Source: Chitinophagaceae bacterium
Lineage (GTDB): Bacteria; Bacteroidota; Bacteroidia; Chitinophagales; Chitinophagaceae
Assembly: GCA_031417255.1 (NCBI GenBank)
Contig: JANOVD010000007.1
Location: 1-39,156, forward strand
Length of the DNA: 39,156 nt
Direction: 5' to 3'
Of the stretch, positions 35,160 through 39,156 are shown piece after piece (position 1 is the stretch's first letter; each line of letters opens with the position of its first letter). The notes beneath the pieces were generated by a model. It searched no databases and was not told the origin of the DNA. It saw only the letters and a list, made by a program, of their open reading frames with translations. Both the position numbers and the translations under genes were made by a program.

Positions 35160-35485
35160 AGTTCGTCATATTTTTTGGCAGTTCCCTTTGCTTTATTAAC
35201 TGGATATTTTTCAGAATTCTTTTTTATTTTGTCAATAATAATTTGTTTCACATCAAAGCCATATTTATCAGCTAATAGAAATGCAAAAGAAAAAATATCA
35301 GCCAATTCTTCTTTTACTTTTTCTTTGTTGGCGGCTTCAGAATTTTTCCAGAGAAATAATTCCAATAATTCTCCTGCTTCAATATTGATTGCTAGTGCAA
35401 GGTCTTTAGAATTGTGAAATTGTTCCCAATCTCTTTCGTTCCTAAACTTTATCAATTCTTGAATTATATCTTGGATATCATTCAT
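35156..35485 (-). CDS. MazG-like nucleotide pyrophosphohydrolase (dCTP pyrophosphatase-type)
   Basis: FRNERDWEQFHNSKDLALAINIEAGELLELFLW, EELAD, KYPV.KAKG..KKY; ATG 35485. Confidence 0.92.
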   Translation of the reverse strand: MNDIQDIIQELIKFRNERDWEQFHNSKDLALAINIEAGELLELFLWKNSEAANKEKVKEELADIFSFAFLLADKYGFDVKQIIIDKIKKNSEKYPVNKAKGTAKKYDEL

Positions 35486-35486
35486 T

Positions 35487-37460
35487 TTATTTTGATTTAT
35501 GCATTGATATTGCCAATTTGTATTCATCATCATATGGTAAATTGAGTTGTGAAACCATTTCAGGGATTGCCAACATCCAACTCACATAGTAATAAGCCAA
35601 AATATGGTAACCCGAAAATGTTTTTCCTGTGATTGAGTTTATTCTATAATCATCTTTATCGGGTCTATAGCCTTGTGTTCCTTGCATTGCTATTTCAAAA
35701 GCAATTATTTTAATTTCTTCTTTTGATTTATTTTCAAAAAACTGTAAAGCATCTACCATAAACATGACGACTGCCATATTTGTACCAATGCTTTCTTGTG
35801 ACTTTTGAAATTTGTCCATTTCCCTTTCTTTATAAGGGTCTTTGGATTCTAGGTCGTATGGGTCTTTTTCTATTGAAGAAAGAAGATTGTCAATATCTGT
35901 TCTTTTTGTTCTGTATTCAACTTCGCTAACCAGTTCAAAATTCTTATCAAGTTTTAAATCTTCAGCCCAATGAAGCACCATTTCATACTCTTCAGCAGGT
36001 TCTTTATCTTCTTTGTACTGCAAATACTCTTGATAAAATTCATTTGCCTGTTTTAATTCAATAGGAGATGCCTGATAATTTTTTATAAAATCTATGCCAA
36101 ATAATTCTTTGAATTGTATAGCATTAACCAGATTATATATTTTGCTTTTTGAAACAATTTCTTTAGGCGTTAGTTCTGTACTGCGTTTATCTGTAACTGC
36201 CTTTAACCCCTCTTGAATTAAAGTGTATAAGGAAATAAATTGATAAGGTCGTAACTCCGAATATTCATTGAATAAAAAATCCTCAATAAATAAATCTATA
36301 GGCGTGTTAAAAATTTGACTATTAATGCCTTCAAAAAGACTTGAACAATAATTTGCTATTGCATCTTCAGAAATCCCCATCTTCTGAAATTTCTTTATCG
36401 TTGAATCAAGCCCTCTAATAAATTCTGATTTCTGTTGTTGAGTAGAAACAAAGAGTTGATTTAATTCCTTATTTCTTGCCTCAATTACAAAATCTAAGTG
36501 AACCAGTTCATGCATTATCAAATGCTCTACTGCTATATATTTTGGTTTGTATTTTACTATATGTTTTGGTCTATCATAATTTTCGGCAAATTCTATTTTG
36601 GCTGCAGTTGGAATATTTGTGTCTTCTGTTATATCTATTTCTTTGCCACCTTCAAATTTCAGTTTGTGTCTGTATTCGGTATATATATTTTTGCTTTCAC
36701 CCGTTTCAATAATTTTTTTTGCAATATCAAATGCCTGTTTTAGAGAATTTTGATATAGTACATCTTTGTTTTTATTGAGTTTAATTGCCTGTATAGAACT
36801 GTAAAAAGAAGAATGTAAGTCATTCTCCATTTCTGCAATCATCCCTAACGCAAAATGTGTATTTGGGTATTGGTCATTAATTTTTATTGCTTCCCAAAAA
36901 TATTTTTTTGCTTCTTGAAGTTTCTTTTGCTGCATGAGATTAGCCCCAATATTATTTATGGCGATATTATCGTTGGGGTTGGCAATTAAAGCCTGGTCGT
37001 AATACTTCATGGCGGTGGGAACATCATTTTTGAATTTCGCAAAAATGTTACCCATCATTAATAATGCCCAGCCATTTTTAGAATCCCATCTAAGTGAGTC
37101 AATTAAACAGTTGATGGCTTCTTCCTGGTTTCCTTCATCAGAAAAAATTTGTCCCATGATTCGGTGGTATTCCGAATTAGTTGGATTTTTTTCAATTAAT
37201 TTTTTGAGAATTGGTTTTGCTTCAGCATACTTTCCTTTTTCGAAAAGGGCAACTGTTTTTTTGTAGTCTGTTTCCTGAGAAATTATTGTTGGCGTATCAA
37301 TTTCTATTGTTACCCATTCTTTATCAATACTTACCCTTGGTTTGTACGGACCGTAAGTGTAGTATCTTCCTAATGTGTCGAGTATTAAATCATTACTACT
37401 GCCCTCTAATTTGGGGAAAATGGTAAAAAGGAAGTCATCTATTTTATGAATGATTTGCAT
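35487..37460 (-). CDS. Tetratricopeptide repeat protein with a central HExxH motif
   Basis: Several TPRs in the N-terminal third; HLIMHELVHL at ~36498-36512. Confidence 0.85.
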   Translation of the reverse strand: MQIIHKIDDFLFTIFPKLEGSSNDLILDTLGRYYTYGPYKPRVSIDKEWVTIEIDTPTIISQETDYKKTVALFEKGKYAEAKPILKKLIEKNPTNSEYHRIMGQIFSDEGNQEEAINCLIDSLRWDSKNGWALLMMGNIFAKFKNDVPTAMKYYDQALIANPNDNIAINNIGANLMQQKKLQEAKKYFWEAIKINDQYPNTHFALGMIAEMENDLHSSFYSSIQAIKLNKNKDVLYQNSLKQAFDIAKKIIETGESKNIYTEYRHKLKFEGGKEIDITEDTNIPTAAKIEFAENYDRPKHIVKYKPKYIAVEHLIMHELVHLDFVIEARNKELNQLFVSTQQQKSEFIRGLDSTIKKFQKMGISEDAIANYCSSLFEGINSQIFNTPIDLFIEDFLFNEYSELRPYQFISLYTLIQEGLKAVTDKRSTELTPKEIVSKSKIYNLVNAIQFKELFGIDFIKNYQASPIELKQANEFYQEYLQYKEDKEPAEEYEMVLHWAEDLKLDKNFELVSEVEYRTKRTDIDNLLSSIEKDPYDLESKDPYKEREMDKFQKSQESIGTNMAVVMFMVDALQFFENKSKEEIKIIAFEIAMQGTQGYRPDKDDYRINSITGKTFSGYHILAYYYVSWMLAIPEMVSQLNLPYDDEYKLAISMHKSK

Positions 37461-37508
37461 TAAAATTATTTCTGGATTTTATTTAACCCCTTATTAATTC
37501 TTCACTAT

Positions 37509-37528
37509 GGTTCATGTCTTCACGAACC
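37509..37528. repeat. Short intergenic REP-like hairpin
   Basis: ggttcatg-tctt-cacgaacc. Confidence 0.4.
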
Positions 37529-37664
37529 GGGGTTATGGTTTTTATAACATCCGATCAGTTGTTATTGTCACAAAAATATAGTTTTACGACTAATTTATTC
37601 CATATAAGCACTATATATTCTAATAGGGAACCCTGCAAAAGATCTTCTGCTTGAACTTTGCCCT

Positions 37665-38027
37665 GTGATAGATTACATCAGAAACCAGATAAAAAAACGA
37701 AGAGTAGAGAAACGCCTCACGCAAAGCGATGTGGCTTTAGACTTAGGCATTACACCGGGTGCCTATTCAAAAATAGAGAGTGGGCCAACAGAAATATCGG
37801 TTAAAAAATTAGCGCAGATAGCAGCTATCTTAGAAGTTAATATCACTTATTTTTTTCATGACCCAGGCTTAACCCTAAAATCAGAAGATCATAATAAGTC
37901 TTATGGCTTTGCTACAAAAAGCGATATAGAAGAATTAACCGGCATTGTTAACAAAATGAAACAGGAAATAACCAGCCTTAAAACAAGCATACAAACTGCC
38001 GCACCTAAGAAAAAAAAGATGCCATAA
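37665..38027 (+). CDS. XRE-family helix-turn-helix regulator
   Basis: IKKRR..KRLTQSDVA..LGIT..AYSKIESG...ISV..L..IA.IL.V; GTG start. Confidence 0.9.
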   Translation: MIDYIRNQIKKRRVEKRLTQSDVALDLGITPGAYSKIESGPTEISVKKLAQIAAILEVNITYFFHDPGLTLKSEDHNKSYGFATKSDIEELTGIVNKMKQEITSLKTSIQTAAPKKKKMP

Positions 38028-38037
38028 TTGTATTTTC

Positions 38038-38166
38038 ATTGCGCCGCCCTTCAGGGCGGTGATAAAATTTAAAAATCAGTTCCGGCTTTAGCCCAATATA
38101 TTGTTTGGCTAAAGCCGGCAAAGCGAATAAGATTTCTATTTTCCCCGCCCTGAAGGACGGGGCAAT
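38038..38166. repeat. REPIN-like 129-bp element: inverted REP pair around a central hairpin
   Basis: attgcgccgcccttcagggcggtgataa ... ttttccccgccctgaaggacggggcaat (24/28 inverted); core ccggctttagcc/ggctaaagccgg. Confidence 0.85.
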
Positions 38167-38172
38167 CAAAAA

Positions 38173-39156
38173 TTATTTACTCAAATGCATACTCCTCTCC
38201 TTATACAACTGCCTGAAATAAGGATCTTTTAAATCTTTAATAAAACGTATTGCTTCGCCGGTACTTTTCATCTCGGGCCCAAGTTCTTTATTTACACCGG
38301 GGAATTTATTGAAGGAGAAAACCGGTTCTTTTATGGCAAAGCCGGTTAGCTTTTTTTCGAATGTAAAATCTTTAAGCTTGTTTACATCCATCATTATTTT
38401 TGTAGCAATATTCAAATAAGGTATCTGGTATGCCTTGGCTATGAACGGTGTAGTGCGGCTGGCTCTTGGGTTTGCTTCAATTACATACACATTGCCATCT
38501 TTAATGGCAAACTGAATATTGATAAGCCCTTTTATTTTTAATGCCCTTGCAATTTTTTCGGCATACTCTTCCATGGTATGCACAATTAATGGCGATAAAT
38601 TAAACTGCGGTAACACCGCATTACTGTCGCCGCTGTGTATACCGGCAGGCTCAATATGTTCCATTACACCCATCACGTGAAAATCTTCACCATCAAAAAT
38701 GGCATCTATCTCCGCTTCCTGGCAACGGTCTAAAAAATGATCTATCAAAATTTTATTGCCGGGCAAATGTTTTATCAAACTCAATACACCTTTTTCAAGA
38801 TCTTCGTCATTGATAACAATACGCATTCGCTGGCCACCCAAAACATAACTGGGCCTTATCAAAACCGGGTAACCAACCTGCTTGGCCACTTCAATAGCCT
38901 CATCTGTATTAAAAGCGGTACCGTAATTTGGATAAGGTATCTCCAGTTCTTTAAGCATATCACTAAACCTGCCACGGTCTTCGGCAATATCCATACTGTC
39001 GAAAGAGGAGCCGATAATTTTTATTCCTTTTTCATGCAGACGTTTGGCAAGTTTTAATGCTGTTTGTCCACCAAGCTGCACAATTACTCCATAAGGTTTT
39101 TCATATTCTATAATTTCCCAAAGGTGCTCCCAAAACACAGGTTCAAAATAAAGTTT
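38173..39156 (-). CDS. carB: Carbamoyl-phosphate synthase large subunit, C-terminal part (runs off the window)
   Basis: QLGGQT, AEDRGRF, RPSYVLGG, EHIEPAGIHSGDS, EANPRASRT, LGPEMKSTGE. Confidence 0.97.
   Translation of the reverse strand, partial: KLYFEPVFWEHLWEIIEYEKPYGVIVQLGGQTALKLAKRLHEKGIKIIGSSFDSMDIAEDRGRFSDMLKELEIPYPNYGTAFNTDEAIEVAKQVGYPVLIRPSYVLGGQRMRIVINDEDLEKGVLSLIKHLPGNKILIDHFLDRCQEAEIDAIFDGEDFHVMGVMEHIEPAGIHSGDSNAVLPQFNLSPLIVHTMEEYAEKIARALKIKGLINIQFAIKDGNVYVIEANPRASRTTPFIAKAYQIPYLNIATKIMMDVNKLKDFTFEKKLTGFAIKEPVFSFNKFPGVNKELGPEMKSTGEAIRFIKDLKDPYFRQLYKERSMHLSK

Overview
Chromosomal window from an AT-rich Bacteroidota genome, probably Chitinophagaceae-like (inferred from TAnnTTTG promoters and gene content). 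The housekeeping backbone is mutL, a GH3-AmpC fusion, an MFS transporter, acs, an M16 peptidase, queA, kbl, a frameshifted lutB, purH, comEC and partial carB. It is interrupted by small accessory inserts and a ~7 kb island between comEC and carB. Three main signals: (1) A DUF559 (Vsr-like) endonuclease domain is inserted in frame inside acs. It is bounded by inverted hairpin-plus-tail repeats, and solo copies of the same repeat occur in frame in purH and between genes. Several other short palindrome and 7-mer repeat families are also translated inside proteins. (2) Two accessory cassettes are bracketed by diverged duplicates of the 3' end of the upstream gene. (3) A tightly coupled operon encodes a TPR-HExxH protein, a MazG-like pyrophosphohydrolase and a GIY-YIG/helicase/S24 protein, a candidate defence system. 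All calls come from reading the sequence by eye; no database search was run.
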